From positions 96,001-160,000 of the forward strand of contig CAVZLN010000006.1 of assembly GCA_963776245.1 (NCBI GenBank): DNA of 64,000 nucleotides, given 5' to 3'. The stretch comes from Candidatus Eiseniibacteriota bacterium. GTDB taxonomy: Bacteria; Eisenbacteria; RBG-16-71-46. The notes under the pieces were generated by a model. The model saw only the letters and a program-made list of their open reading frames with translations, was not told where the DNA came from and did not search any database. How positions within the stretch are numbered: the first letter of the stretch is position 1; the number at the start of each line of letters is the position of its first letter. The translations under genes and the position numbers were made by a program. This document shows positions 33,454-47,349 of the stretch, piece by piece.

Positions 33454-34172
33454 GCGGTGGGTCCCTCCTGCGGCGGTGCGAGCAGCGCGCCCACGTCGTG
33501 GATGCCGAGCGGGCCCGCGCTGCGGTAGCCCTCGCCGAAGCGCGCGCCGACGCGCGCGCCGAGCACGCGCGCGCGCGCCTCGACCTCGGCGAGGAAGTCC
33601 GGATGGGTGAGGTAGGTGGACGGGCCGGCGGCCGGGTCGAGCTGGCTGGCGTGCGCGCGCAGCGCGGCCATGCGCGCCTGCCACGCGGCCGAGACGTCCA
33701 CCACCACGCGCGGGACGGCGCCGTCGCGATAGATCGCAAACAGCAGCCGCGGCGGACGGTGGCGCTCGCCCGGCGCGTCGTAGCGCGCCAGCCCCGAGAC
33801 GTAGCACGCGCGGCGGACCAGGTGGTGCGCCTCGACGTGGTCGGGGTGGGCGTCCTCGCGCCACGGCGCCACCACCAGCGACGGGCGATGGCGGCGCACG
33901 GCCGCGACCACGGCGCGCAGCTGCGCCGGGTCGTGCCGGCTGAGCCCGAGATCGGGGAGCCCGAGGCACTCGCGCAGCGTCACGCCCAGCGCCCGCGCCG
34001 CCGCCTGCGCCTCGAGCGCCCGCTGTTCCGGGGTGCCGCGGCTGGCGGCCTCGCCGGCGGTGAGGTCCACCAGCACCACCTCGCGCCCGGCGGCCGCGAG
34101 GCGCGCGGCCAGCCCGCCCGAGGTGAGTTCGATGTCGTCGGGATGCGCACCGAAGAACAGCGCGTCGCTCAT
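33450..34172 (-). CDS. bshB1: bacillithiol biosynthesis deacetylase (PIG-L family)
   Basis: FGAHPDDIEL, DLTAGEAASRGT, HPDH, AHASQ, GARFGEGY. Confidence 0.88.
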   Translation of the reverse strand: MSDALFFGAHPDDIELTSGGLAARLAAAGREVVLVDLTAGEAASRGTPEQRALEAQAAARALGVTLRECLGLPDLGLSRHDPAQLRAVVAAVRRHRPSLVVAPWREDAHPDHVEAHHLVRRACYVSGLARYDAPGERHRPPRLLFAIYRDGAVPRVVVDVSAAWQARMAALRAHASQLDPAAGPSTYLTHPDFLAEVEARARVLGARVGARFGEGYRSAGPLGIHDVGALLAPPQEGPTA

Positions 34173-35800
34173 GATCCCAGCTCCAGCACGGCGTGCTCGT
34201 GCACGCCGGCGGCCAGCCGCTCGGCATGTTCGGTGGCGAGCGCCGCCAGTTCGGCGCCCACCCCCGCGCCGCGGTAGGCGACCGGCTCGAGCGTGGCGAG
34301 CCGGCGCTCCTGCAGGCGGTCACCGGGCAGCAGGTGGTAGCGCACGCGCGGCCACTCGGGATGCAACCGGTCGAGCCGGTGGCGCACCTTGCCCGCCACG
34401 CCTTCGAACAGGCGCGCGTACTGGTAGTCGCTCTTGGCGCGCGCCGACTCCACCATCTGGGGCAGGCTCCCGTCCACCGCGCGCACCTCCGAGTCGAGCC
34501 GCGCGAAGCCCTCCATCGCGGCGCGCCGCTCGCCGTCGAGCAGCGCGCGGAGCCCGGCCGGGATCGCCCGTTCGGCATGCGCGCGCAGCACCGCGTCGGG
34601 CGCCGCGATCAGCTCGACCGCGTCGGCGCCCGAGGCCTCGAGCAGTTCCACCGCCGCCGGCGCGAGCCAGGTGGCCCCGAAGCGCGGCACCGGGCACGCG
34701 GCGCGCACGCCGAGGCCCTCGAACACCTCGCGCAGCTGGGCGAGGTAGGCGATCTCGCCCGGACCGCACGCCATCGCCACGGTCGGGAACACCGCGTCCT
34801 GCACCGCGGGCCGCAGCGCCACGCTCGGCGAGAGCGTCAGCCCCGGGCCGCGCTCCCGCGCCTCGGCCGCCGTCACCTTGTGGCGCGCGCCGTCCGCGAG
34901 CGCGAACACGAACGACTCGAGCGCGGCGTCGCCGAGCGGACGCTTGCCCACCTGCTGCTCGAGCCACGCCCCCGCGCGGCGCGCCGCGGCCGAGAGCTCG
35001 TCGGCCCGCGCCAGGTAGCGGTCGATCACCTCGCGGGCGGCGGCGCGGAACGCCGGCAGGCGCGGGTCCACCACCACCAGCCCCTGCGCGCCGAAGAGCG
35101 CGAGCATGAGCGCGCTGGTCGCCTCACCGAGGTCGCGCGCCGGCGCGCACGCGCGAGCCAGCAGGGTCCGCGCCGCGTCGTGGCCGGGCAGGCCCTCCCA
35201 GTGCGCCAGCGCCAGGCGGTGGAGCGTCTCGAGGGGCGCGCACGCGATGCCGCCCACCAGCCCCCCGTCGCGATGGGCGTCGTCCGGCAGCCCCAGTTCG
35301 TGCAGCTCCAGCCCGCGGTCGGACACCGTGACCGAGCGGATCTCGGCGAAGTCGGAGTCCTCGCCATGCATCCAGAACAGCGGCACGCATGGCATCCCGG
35401 CGCGGGCCGTCACGACGGTCGCGAGCCCGATGGTGCTGGCGGTCTTGTGGAGCGAGTAGAGCGGCCCGCCGAGCGGCGCCGGCTGCTGCCCCGCGACGGC
35501 GCACACCGCCTCGCCGCGCGCCAGCCGCGCGAGCGCGGCGAGCGACTCGGGAGGCGCGCCGAGACGGCGGTGGTAGTCCTCCAGCGCGGCCGCGAGGGCC
35601 GCGGGCAGGGGAGCGCGCTTGGCGGCGGCGAGCGCGACCAGCGCGTCGCGGTCGCCGAAGTGGGTCGCGAAGCGCTCGCGCGCGAGCGGACCGCGGCGCA
35701 CGAGGTCCTCGCCGAGCGGATCGTGGAAGCGTTCGCGGAGCGGTCCGGACCCGGCGGCCACCCGCGCGCGCACGCGCAGCGACCCCGTCATCGGGGACAT
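34169..35800 (-). CDS. bshC: bacillithiol biosynthesis cysteine-adding enzyme
   Basis: AGQQPAPLGGPLYSLHK, PLFWMHGEDSDFAEI, SPSVALRPAVQD, GPGEIAYLAQL, LQER. Confidence 0.88.
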   Translation of the reverse strand: MSPMTGSLRVRARVAAGSGPLRERFHDPLGEDLVRRGPLARERFATHFGDRDALVALAAAKRAPLPAALAAALEDYHRRLGAPPESLAALARLARGEAVCAVAGQQPAPLGGPLYSLHKTASTIGLATVVTARAGMPCVPLFWMHGEDSDFAEIRSVTVSDRGLELHELGLPDDAHRDGGLVGGIACAPLETLHRLALAHWEGLPGHDAARTLLARACAPARDLGEATSALMLALFGAQGLVVVDPRLPAFRAAAREVIDRYLARADELSAAARRAGAWLEQQVGKRPLGDAALESFVFALADGARHKVTAAEARERGPGLTLSPSVALRPAVQDAVFPTVAMACGPGEIAYLAQLREVFEGLGVRAACPVPRFGATWLAPAAVELLEASGADAVELIAAPDAVLRAHAERAIPAGLRALLDGERRAAMEGFARLDSEVRAVDGSLPQMVESARAKSDYQYARLFEGVAGKVRHRLDRLHPEWPRVRYHLLPGDRLQERRLATLEPVAYRGAGVGAELAALATEHAERLAAGVHEHAVLELGS

Positions 35801-35906
35801 CGTCCCGCTCGTGACGCGGCGCCGGTGGGTGCGGCGGGCCGCGGGCGCGCGCCTCGTCGATCGAGTGGCATCAGGCTCGGCATCTTAGGGAGCGACCCGG
35901 GCAGGG

Positions 35907-36548
35907 TCAACCGTCGGCGCGCGCGCCGAAGACCGCCCGCCACGCCCGGACGCAGGCGGCGCGGCGCCGCCGCGGGGCCACCCGCTTCCCCGCCTCCAGG
36001 GCCGCGCGGATCTCCGCGCGGCTCGCTCCCAGCCGGCGCGCGCCCCGCAGGTGACTGACCAGCTGGCGTTCCCAGCCGCCCGCGGCCAGCACCGCCACGG
36101 CCACGCGCTCGCGCTCGGGCCCGCCGAGCCCCCGGCGCGCGAGCACCCGGCCGTAGCCCTGCTCCACCATCCAGCGCGCGAGGTCGGGATGCAGCGCCCG
36201 CACGCCGCGCACCAGCCGCGGGTAGACCGGACCGTACACGCGACGGCACAGGTCGCGCCCCCGCGCCATCCATGCGTCGGGGCCGCCCTCGCGCGTGCGA
36301 CGGGCGCGCCCGGGCCACACCTCGGCCAGCACCCGCACCCCCTCGAGGGCCGCCGGGTAGCCGGCGTGGAGCATCAGCATGAGCGCCGTCTCCTCGGCCT
36401 CGACGCGCGTCGCTCCCGCGCCCCGCGCGCGGCGGAGTGCCCGCCCGGCGGCCCGCGTCTCCCCCGCGCACATGGCGGCCGCGAATCCCACCAGCGCGCG
36501 CACCGCGCGGGCGCGCCTCGGGTCGGTGGTCGTGCTTGACGCTCGCAT
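35907..36548 (-). CDS. carboxymuconolactone decarboxylase (CMD/AhpD-like) family protein
   Basis: ETALMLMLHAGYPAAL, GYGRVLARRGL, RERVAVAVLAA, QLVSHLRGARRLGAS; no CxxC. Confidence 0.7.
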   Translation of the reverse strand: MRASSTTTDPRRARAVRALVGFAAAMCAGETRAAGRALRRARGAGATRVEAEETALMLMLHAGYPAALEGVRVLAEVWPGRARRTREGGPDAWMARGRDLCRRVYGPVYPRLVRGVRALHPDLARWMVEQGYGRVLARRGLGGPERERVAVAVLAAGGWERQLVSHLRGARRLGASRAEIRAALEAGKRVAPRRRRAACVRAWRAVFGARADG

Positions 36549-36635
36549 CGGCCCGGCACACTATCCGCGCGCTTCGTCGCCATCAAGCCCTTCCCGGCCC
36601 GGAGACCCGATGCGTTCCGTTCTCTCGAGTCCGAT

Positions 36636-37811
36636 GTGATCCCGGGCCCGCTCCCCCCGGACGAGGCTCAGAAGGCGGCGGTCCACGCGGTGTGGACCTT
36701 CCCCTCGATCCTGGTGTCGGCCTTCCTGGTGGCGTGGGGCGCCGAGGCCGCGCAGTTCTACATCTCCCAGGGCCTCGCCCTCGCCCTGCTCGCGTGGCTG
36801 CAGACGCTGCCGGAGTTCGCGGTCGAGGCGGCCATCGCGTGGCAGCAGGACACCTCGCTCATCACCGCCAACTTCACCGGCGCGCTCCGCCTGCTCACCG
36901 GCGTCGGCTGGCCCATGATCTGGGTGGTGGCGGCGGTGTCGCGCTGGCAGCGCGGGCAGCGCAGCTGGAATCCCACCATCGAGCTCGATCCGGAGCACGC
37001 GGTCGAGGTGGTCGGCCTGGTGCTGCCGCTGCTCTACTTCACCAAGATCATCTTCACCGGCCTGATCACCCTGTTCGACTCCGGGGTCCTGGTGGCGCTC
37101 TACCTCGGCTACCTGTGGGTGCTCAGCCGCGTGCCACCCCGCGAGAGCGAGGAGCTCGACGATGTCGCCGCGGTGGTGCGCTCGATCGTCCGCCTCACCG
37201 CGCCGCGCCGGGTGGCGGCGATCGTGCTGCTGTTCGTCGGGGGCGGGCTGCTGCTCGGCTTCACCGCCACCCCGTTCCTGTTCAGCATGCAAGGGCTCGC
37301 GTACGCGCTCGGGGTCACGCCGTTCGTGTTCGTGCAGTGGGTGGCGCCGTTCCTGTCGGAGTTCCCCGAGAAGATCAGCGCCTTCTACTGGGCCCGCACC
37401 CGCGGCAAGGCGGGCATGGCGCTCATGAACATGGCGTCGAGCAACATCAACCAGTGGACCGTGCTGGCGGCGATGATCCCGATCGTGTACTCCCTGTCGA
37501 AGGGCGCGCCGACGCCGGTCCCGGTGGGCGAGCATCGCGTGGAGCTCGTGCTCACGCTGCTCCAGAGCATGCTGGGCGTGGTGCTGCTCTCCAACTTCCG
37601 CTTCGAGGGCTACGAGGCGATCGGCCTGTTCGGGCTGTGGCTGGCGCAGTTCCTCCAGCCGAGCCTGCGCGAGGAGGCGTGCGTCCTCTACGGCATCTGG
37701 CTGGTGGTCGAGCTGAGCTCGGCGGCGTGGCGTCCGGGACGGCTGCGGGCCTTCCCGATGTTCTGGCGCCTGGTGCGCCAGGCCCCGCCGGTCCGCCAGC
37801 GGAAACGCTGA
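36636..37811 (+). CDS. cation:proton / Na+/Ca2+ antiporter (CaCA family)
   Basis: alpha repeats LQTLPEFAVE...ANFTGA and PFLSEFPE...SSNINQWT; about 10 TM helices. Confidence 0.8.
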   Translation: MIPGPLPPDEAQKAAVHAVWTFPSILVSAFLVAWGAEAAQFYISQGLALALLAWLQTLPEFAVEAAIAWQQDTSLITANFTGALRLLTGVGWPMIWVVAAVSRWQRGQRSWNPTIELDPEHAVEVVGLVLPLLYFTKIIFTGLITLFDSGVLVALYLGYLWVLSRVPPRESEELDDVAAVVRSIVRLTAPRRVAAIVLLFVGGGLLLGFTATPFLFSMQGLAYALGVTPFVFVQWVAPFLSEFPEKISAFYWARTRGKAGMALMNMASSNINQWTVLAAMIPIVYSLSKGAPTPVPVGEHRVELVLTLLQSMLGVVLLSNFRFEGYEAIGLFGLWLAQFLQPSLREEACVLYGIWLVVELSSAAWRPGRLRAFPMFWRLVRQAPPVRQRKR

Positions 37812-37817
37812 GCGGGG

Positions 37818-39434
<1,617 letters not shown>

Positions 39435-39452
39435 TGCCGGTGCCCCATCCGC

Positions 39453-39462
39453 ATGCTAGCGT
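39453..39462. promoter_or_regulatory. overlapping divergent -10 elements (ATGCTAGCGT: TAGCGT on +, TAGCAT on -) between murJ and uppP
   Basis: only 36 bp separate the two divergent start codons. Confidence 0.45.
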
Positions 39463-39470
39463 GCGCCGCC

Positions 39471-40277
39471 ATGTTCCTGCCCCTGCCATGGTTCGAAGCG
39501 ATCGCGCTCGGCGCGCTCCAGGGACTCTCGGAGTTCCTCCCGGTCTCGAGCAGCGCCCACCTGTACGTGGTGCCCGAGCTGCTCCACTGGAAATACAACG
39601 GGCTCGCGTTCGACGTCGCCCTGCACTGGGGCACGCTGATCGCCCTGGTGCTCGCGTACGGGAACGTGTGGCTGGCGCTGGCGCGCGACGCGGTCACGGG
39701 CGCGCCGGAGGCACGGGCCCGCGCGTGGGACACCTGGCTCAAGATCGCCGCGGCCTCGGTCCCCGCGGCGATCGCGGGCGTGCTGCTGAAGGACATCGCC
39801 GAGACCGCCCTGCGCTCCATGCCGCTGCAGGCCGCCACGCTGTTCGGCTTCGGACTGCTGCTGTGGGCGGTGGACCGCAGCACGCCCCAGCGCGAGGACG
39901 CCGAGACGCCCGGATGGGCGGCGTGCCTCACCATGGGGGTGGCGCAGGCGGTGGCGCTGGTGCCGGGGGTCTCGCGCTCGGGGGTGACCATCACCGCCGG
40001 CCGCGCGCTCGGGCTCACGCGGGTGTCGGCCGCGCGGTTCTCGTTCCTGCTGGCCACGCCCATCACCTTCGGCGCGGGCCTGCTCGAGCTGCGGCACCTG
40101 CCCGCCGACCTGCCCGTGGGCCCGCTGCTGGTCGGGGTCGTCACCTCGGCGGTGGTGGGTCTGTTCGCCATCCGTGGCCTCATCCGCTGGCTCGGCAATG
40201 CGGGGTTCGGGGTCTTCTTCGCCTACCGCGCCGCGCTGGCGGCGGTCATCCTCGGCGGCTGGCTGGCGCACCGCTGA
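39471..40277 (+). CDS. uppP: undecaprenyl-diphosphate phosphatase
   Basis: QGLSEFLPVSSSAH, FDVALHWGT, ALVPGVSRSGVTI, AARFSFLLATP. Confidence 0.95.
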   Translation: MFLPLPWFEAIALGALQGLSEFLPVSSSAHLYVVPELLHWKYNGLAFDVALHWGTLIALVLAYGNVWLALARDAVTGAPEARARAWDTWLKIAAASVPAAIAGVLLKDIAETALRSMPLQAATLFGFGLLLWAVDRSTPQREDAETPGWAACLTMGVAQAVALVPGVSRSGVTITAGRALGLTRVSAARFSFLLATPITFGAGLLELRHLPADLPVGPLLVGVVTSAVVGLFAIRGLIRWLGNAGFGVFFAYRAALAAVILGGWLAHR

Positions 40278-40301
40278 GCGCGCGGGCCAGCCGGAGCGCG
40301 T

Positions 40302-40919
40302 TCACACCGGCCCGCGTTCCCGCTTCGTCATCTTGTCGGTGAAGTAGCGATTGATGCGGTCGCGCAGCTGGATGCGCGCGCGGTGCAGCCGCGACTTCAC
40401 CGCGGCGACCGACAGGCCGAGCGATTCGGCGACGTCGGCGTTCGACAGGCCCTCGACGTCGCGCAGCAGGAACACCTGCTTGAGATCCTCGGGCAGCCGG
40501 TCCAGCGCCTCCTCCATCACCTCGCGCATCTCGGCGGTGAGCAGGTCCTCCACCGGCTGGGTGGACCAGTCGGGGATCTGGAGGCCTTCGGCCTCCTCGG
40601 CGCCGCTCTGCGACTGCTCGAACGACACGTGCCCGACGCGGCGCTTGCGGTACTTCATGAGCGCGGCGTTGGTGGCGATGCGATAGAGCCAGGTCGAGAA
40701 CGTGGACTCGGCCTTGAAGTTCTTGAGCCCGCGGAACGCCGAGAGGAAGGCGTCCTGGAGCGCCTCGGCGGCGTCGTCCTCGTGGCGCAGGATCTTGTAC
40801 GAGAGCCGGTACACCTTCTCGCGGTAGCGGTTCACCAGCTCGTCGAACGCGCGCGTCTCCCCGACCTGGGCCGCGCGCACCAGCTCCTCGTCGGGCAGCG
40901 GCCGGTAGTCGACGTTCAT
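40302..40919 (-). CDS. ECF-type sigma-70 family RNA polymerase sigma factor
   Basis: AFDELVNRY, DAAEALQDAFL, FSTWLYRIATN, LLRDVEGLSNADVA, AVKSRLHRAR. Confidence 0.92.
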   Translation of the reverse strand: MNVDYRPLPDEELVRAAQVGETRAFDELVNRYREKVYRLSYKILRHEDDAAEALQDAFLSAFRGLKNFKAESTFSTWLYRIATNAALMKYRKRRVGHVSFEQSQSGAEEAEGLQIPDWSTQPVEDLLTAEMREVMEEALDRLPEDLKQVFLLRDVEGLSNADVAESLGLSVAAVKSRLHRARIQLRDRINRYFTDKMTKRERGPV

Positions 40920-42535
40920 CGGCGCTCCGCGACGGCGGCCGGCTCGGGCGCGCGGGCGTGCACGAGCAGCCCGTCGATCAGCGTGGCCGCCACTCCCGCC
41001 CGCCACAGCGCCGCGGGCGGCAGCGCGTGCAGGTCCGCGTCCCACACCACGAGGTCCGCGGCCGCGCCGGGCGCCAGCCGCCCCACCCGCGGCCACATGC
41101 CGGCGAGGCGCGCCGGGGCCTCGGTGTAGGCGGTGAGCGCGGCGTCGAGCGGCACGCACTCGCCCGGCACGAAGCCGCCGGCCGGCGTGCCGTCGGCCCG
41201 CTGGCGCGTGAGCGCGGCATGGAGGCCCGCGGCGACATCGGGGGGCTCCACCGGCGCGTCGGAGCCGAAGGCCAGCAGCGCGCCCGCCGCGAGCACGCTC
41301 GCCCACGGGTACGCCCGCTCGCGACGAGCGCCCCAGTGGCGCTCGACCAGGTCCATGTCGCTGGTGCAGTGCGCCGGCTGCATGCTCGCCGCGACGCCGA
41401 GCGCCGCGAAGCGCGCGAGGTCGGCGCGGTGGACCAGCTGGGCGTGCTCCACCCGGCACGGCAGCGGCGCGCGATCGCGAGCCTCCTGCCCCGCGCCCTC
41501 GAACGCGTCGAGGGCCGCGCGCACGGCGCGATCGCCGATGGCGTGCACCGCCACCGCGAGCCCGCCGGCCAGCGCGCGCGCGACGGTGTCGCGCAGCTCG
41601 CGCGGCGGCATCAGGTCCATGCCGGTGCCGCCCCCCTCGTAGGGCTCGAGCATCGCCGCGGTCTGCGAGCCCAGCGTGCCGTCGGCGAACAGCTTGAGCG
41701 GGCCGACGCGGAACCGGTCGTCGCCGGTGCCGCTCGCCAGTCCGAGCGCCAGCGCGTGGTCGAGATCGGCGTGTCCCACCGACTTGAGCACCCGCAGCCG
41801 CCCCGCGCGCGCGAGCGCGAGCAGCGCGCGATGCGCGCCCGCGCCGGGGTCCATGTCGTGCACCGCGGTGACGCCGGCGACGTGCAGCGCCGCCGCCGCG
41901 TCGCGCGCCAGCGTGGCCTCGTCACCGGCCGCGGCGGTGGCTTCCGCCTCGAGCGCCGCGAACGCGCGCACCGCGTGCTCGTGCGCGATGCCGTTCGGCT
42001 CGCCCGCCGGGTCGCGCTCGAAGCTCCCGCCCGCGGGCTCGGGGGTCTCGCGGCCCACGCCCGCGAGGCGGAGCGCGGCGCTGTTGACCCACAGCGTGTG
42101 GTAGTCCTTGCTGTGCAGCAGCACCGGGCGCGGACCGCTCACCCCATCGAGCGCGGCGCGGTCGGGGGGCTCGTCCCAGCCGTTCGCGTCCCAGCCCCGG
42201 CCCACCACCGGCGCGTCGCCCGGATGCGACACCAGCCAGTCGCGCACCCGCCTCACCGCGTCCGCGCGGGTGCGCGCCTCGCCGAGCGCCAGCTGGACGC
42301 GGGCCCGGGCCCAGGTCATGAAGTGCACGTGCGCGTCCCACAGACCGGGCATGACCGTGGCGCCGCGCGCGTCGATGCGCCGCGTGCCGCGGCCCGCGAG
42401 CGGCGCGAGCTCCGCGGCCCGGCCGAGCGCCAGCACGCGTCCGCCCGCCACCGCCACCGCATCCGCGGCGATGACCGGCGCGCCGTCCGTCCACGGACGC
42501 GCGTTCACGATCAGCAGGTCGGCCTCAGTCCGCAT
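40916..42535 (-). CDS. amidohydrolase, YtcJ-like (Amidohydro_3)
   Basis: [50 protein letters not shown]. Confidence 0.9.
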   Translation of the reverse strand: MRTEADLLIVNARPWTDGAPVIAADAVAVAGGRVLALGRAAELAPLAGRGTRRIDARGATVMPGLWDAHVHFMTWARARVQLALGEARTRADAVRRVRDWLVSHPGDAPVVGRGWDANGWDEPPDRAALDGVSGPRPVLLHSKDYHTLWVNSAALRLAGVGRETPEPAGGSFERDPAGEPNGIAHEHAVRAFAALEAEATAAAGDEATLARDAAAALHVAGVTAVHDMDPGAGAHRALLALARAGRLRVLKSVGHADLDHALALGLASGTGDDRFRVGPLKLFADGTLGSQTAAMLEPYEGGGTGMDLMPPRELRDTVARALAGGLAVAVHAIGDRAVRAALDAFEGAGQEARDRAPLPCRVEHAQLVHRADLARFAALGVAASMQPAHCTSDMDLVERHWGARRERAYPWASVLAAGALLAFGSDAPVEPPDVAAGLHAALTRQRADGTPAGGFVPGECVPLDAALTAYTEAPARLAGMWPRVGRLAPGAAADLVVWDADLHALPPAALWRAGVAATLIDGLLVHARAPEPAAVAERR

Positions 42536-43329
42536 CCGGCGCGGCCTCCACACGGTTCGTGAGCACTCCGACTCCCTCGACCTCGATCTCGATGAGATCG
42601 CCGGGCGAGACCGGCGCCACGCCCGCCGGCGTGCCCGTGGCGATCAGGTCGCCGGGCTCGAGGGTCATGATGGACGAGATGAAGCTCACCAGCGCCGGGA
42701 CCCCGAACAGCAGGTCCGCGGTGCGCGCGTACTGGCGGCGCGCTCCGTTCACGCGGCATTCGACCGCGAGCGCGGCGGGATCCAGCCCGAGCGCCACCCA
42801 CGGCCCGACCGGCGCAAAGGTATCGAAGCCCTTGGCGCGTGTCCATTGGCCATCCGCGCGCTGATGGTTGCGCGCGCTCACGTCGTCGAAGCAGGTGAAC
42901 CCGGCCACGTGATCCATCGCGCTGGCCGCCCGCACGCGCTGCGCCCGGCGCCCGATGACCACGCCCAGCTCGCCCTCGGGATCGAGTCGCGTGACCCCGG
43001 CCGGGTAGCGGATGCGGATCGCCGCTGGCGATCACCGCGCTGGGCGGTTTGAGGAACAGCAGGGGCTCGCGCGGCGCCTCCGCGCCCGGCACCACGCTCG
43101 CGCTCTCGGCGATGTGGGCGCGGTAGTTGAGCCCCACGCACACGATCTTGGTCGGGACCACCGGCGCCAGCAGGGTCACCTGCGTCGAGCGGATCGTGCT
43201 CGCCGGTGGGAGTCCCCCCTCCCAGGGCTACGCGCTCAGGCGCGCGAAGCCGTCCGCGTCACGCTGTCCGACGTGGGCGCGGCCGTCGCGAAGGTAGCGG
43301 GCGATGAGGGGCGGGATCACGGGACGCAT
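42525..43329 (-). CDS. fumarylacetoacetate hydrolase family protein; several indels and one apparent in-frame stop at about 43010-43230
   Basis: [53 protein letters not shown]; start inferred at ATG 43329. Confidence 0.85.
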
Positions 43330-43422
43330 CACCCGGCAGGATACAGGCGCGGCTCCCGGAAGACGAGTCGCCGCGCGCCCGGGTTTGCGCCTCCGCGTGA
43401 GCGGGTGCTAGCCTCGCGCTTC

Positions 43423-44762
43423 ATGAAACGCACTCCTCCGCCGTCCCCGGGGCCGCTCCGCGGCCGATACGCTCATCCAGAAGATCCACACCCGCAAGGC
43501 CCACCTCGGCGTGATCGGGCTCGGCTACGTGGGCCTGCCGCTCGCCGTCGAGCTCGCCCAGGCCGGCTTCAAGGTGACCGGCATCGACCTCCGCGAGGAC
43601 CGGGTGAAGATGCTCCAGCGGGGCACCTCGTACATCCAGGACGTGCCGACCCGCGACCTGCGCGCGGTGGTGAAGTCGGGGCATCTTGACCGCCACCACC
43701 GACTTCGGCGTCCTCCGGCGGGTGGACGCGGTGAACGTCGCGGTGCCGACGCCGCTGTCCAAGACCCGCGACCCCGACGTGTCGTACATCGTGTCCGCGT
43801 TCGAGCAGGTGCAGAAGCACCTCCATCGCGGCATGCTGCTCATCCTCGAGAGCACCACCTACCCCGGCACCACCGAGGAGCTGGTGCTGCCCATGCTCGA
43901 GGCGGGCGGGCTGAAGGTCGGCGAGGACTTCTTCCTGGCCTTCTCGCCCGAGCGCGTCGACCCGGGCAATCCGCAGTTCAACACCCGCAACATCCCGAAG
44001 GTGGTCGGCGGCGTCACCGCCGAGTGCACGCGCGCCGCGGTCGAGCTCTATCGCCAGCGCCTCGAGACCGTGGTGCCGGTGTCCTCGTGCCAGGTCGCCG
44101 AGATGGTGAAGCTGCTCGAGAACACCTTCCGCAGCGTGAACATCGGCCTCGTCAACGAGCTCGCGATGATGTGCAAGCGCCTCGGGGTGGACGTCTGGGA
44201 GGTCATCGACGCCGCGGCCACCAAGCCGTTCGGCTTCATGCGCTTCTACCCCGGCCCCGGCCTCGGCGGACACTGCATCCCGATCGACCCGTTCTACCTC
44301 TCGTGGAAGGCGCGCGCGTTCGGTTTCGAGGCGCGCTTCATCGAGCTGGCGGGAAGCGTCAACGCACAGATGCCGGACCACGTCGTCTCGCTCGTCAGTG
44401 AGAACCTGAACCGGCGCGGCAAGGCGATCCGCGGCTCGAAGGTGCTGGTGCTCGGCGTGGCCTACAAGGCCGATATCGACGACGTGCGCGAGAGCCCGTC
44501 CCTCGACATCATGGAGAAGCTGCGCGAGCACGGGGCCAAGATCGACTACCACGATCCGCACGTGCCCGCCGTCGACTTCGCCGGCCGGCGCATGCGCAGC
44601 ACCACGCTCACGCCGGCCACGCTCCGGCGCTTCGACTGCGTGGTGGTCGCGACCGCGCACCGCGATCTGCCCTATCGCGAGGTGTTGCGCCACGCGAAGG
44701 GAGTGGTGGACACCCGGAACGCGTACCGCGGCCGGAAGTCCCCGAAGATCACCCGGCTGTGA
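43423..44762 (+). CDS. nucleotide-sugar 6-dehydrogenase (WbpA/WecC/TviB family); indels near 43450 and 43685
   Basis: VIGLGYVGLPLA, VPTPL, LESTTYPGTTEE, FSPERVDPGN, KLLENTFRSVNI, GGHCIPIDP, DVRESP. Confidence 0.9.
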
Positions 44763-44797
44763 CGGCCGGCGGGAGCCCCTGCGCTCCCGCCGCCGTC
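44761..44797. terminator. GC-rich hairpin between convergent genes
   Basis: cggcgggagc (44767-44776) pairs with gctcccgccg (44783-44792), extended by gacgg/ccgtc; no U-tract. Confidence 0.5.
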
Positions 44798-44811
44798 GCG
44801 CGCAGCGGCCC

Positions 44812-46713
<1,902 letters not shown>

Positions 46714-46747
46714 CGTGTCCTTCTTTCCTTCCGGGGTGCGTGCGGAA

Positions 46748-46782
46748 GCCACGCCGCCCGGCGTGCGCCGGGGCGGCGTGGC
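46748..46782. other. strong stem-loop in the hsp20-dnaK intergenic region
   Basis: gccacgccgcccggcg-tg-cgccggggcggcgtggc, about 16-bp inverted repeat with one extra G. Confidence 0.6.
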
Positions 46783-46800
46783 CCGCGTGGGCTCACGACT

Positions 46801-47259
46801 TCACGAACGCCCGACCTGGACCTCGATCTCGCGCGTGCGGGACTCCTCCGACTTGGGCACGCGGATCTCGAGGACGCCGTCGCGGTAGACCGCCTTCACC
46901 TGGTCGCCGCGCACCGGCACGCCGAGCACGAACGTGCGCTCGAAGGCGCCCGAGAAGCGCTCCACCCGGTGCGTGCCGTTCTCGCCGCGCTCGGACTCGA
47001 GCTTGCGCTCGCCGCGCAGGGTGAGCGTGTCGCCGAGCAGGCTGACCTTGACGTCCTGCTGGGAGATGCCGGGCAGGTCGGCGCGGAGCACGAACCCCTC
47101 GGCGTTCTCCTCGACATCCACGGCCGGACTGGCGCCGAGGTCGAGACGGCCGCCCGGCGCGGTCGAGCCGAGCACGCTCTCCAACAGACGGTCCATGTCG
47201 CTCTGCATGCGGATGAGGTCGCGGGCGGGGGTGCTGGGCTGCCAACGGATGAGTCGCAT
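46801..47259 (-). CDS. small heat shock protein, Hsp20/alpha-crystallin family
   Basis: GGAGG before ATG; PAVDVEE, ADLPGI, LTLRGER, ERFSGAFER, AVYRDGVLEIRVPK, IEV. Confidence 0.95.
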   Translation of the reverse strand: MRLIRWQPSTPARDLIRMQSDMDRLLESVLGSTAPGGRLDLGASPAVDVEENAEGFVLRADLPGISQQDVKVSLLGDTLTLRGERKLESERGENGTHRVERFSGAFERTFVLGVPVRGDQVKAVYRDGVLEIRVPKSEESRTREIEVQVGRS

Positions 47260-47349
47260 GATCGGAACCTCCATCGGTGTGCGGACGAGGGCTGCGAGGA
47301 TGATCCCCGGGCGGCCATCGGGATCCTCGCTCGTATGCCTCGACTCATC

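Noticed and set aside
32194..34578. 794-aa BshA ORF
   Set aside because: First 375 codons overlap bshB1 and bshC in another frame; the coupled ATG at 33453 is the plausible start
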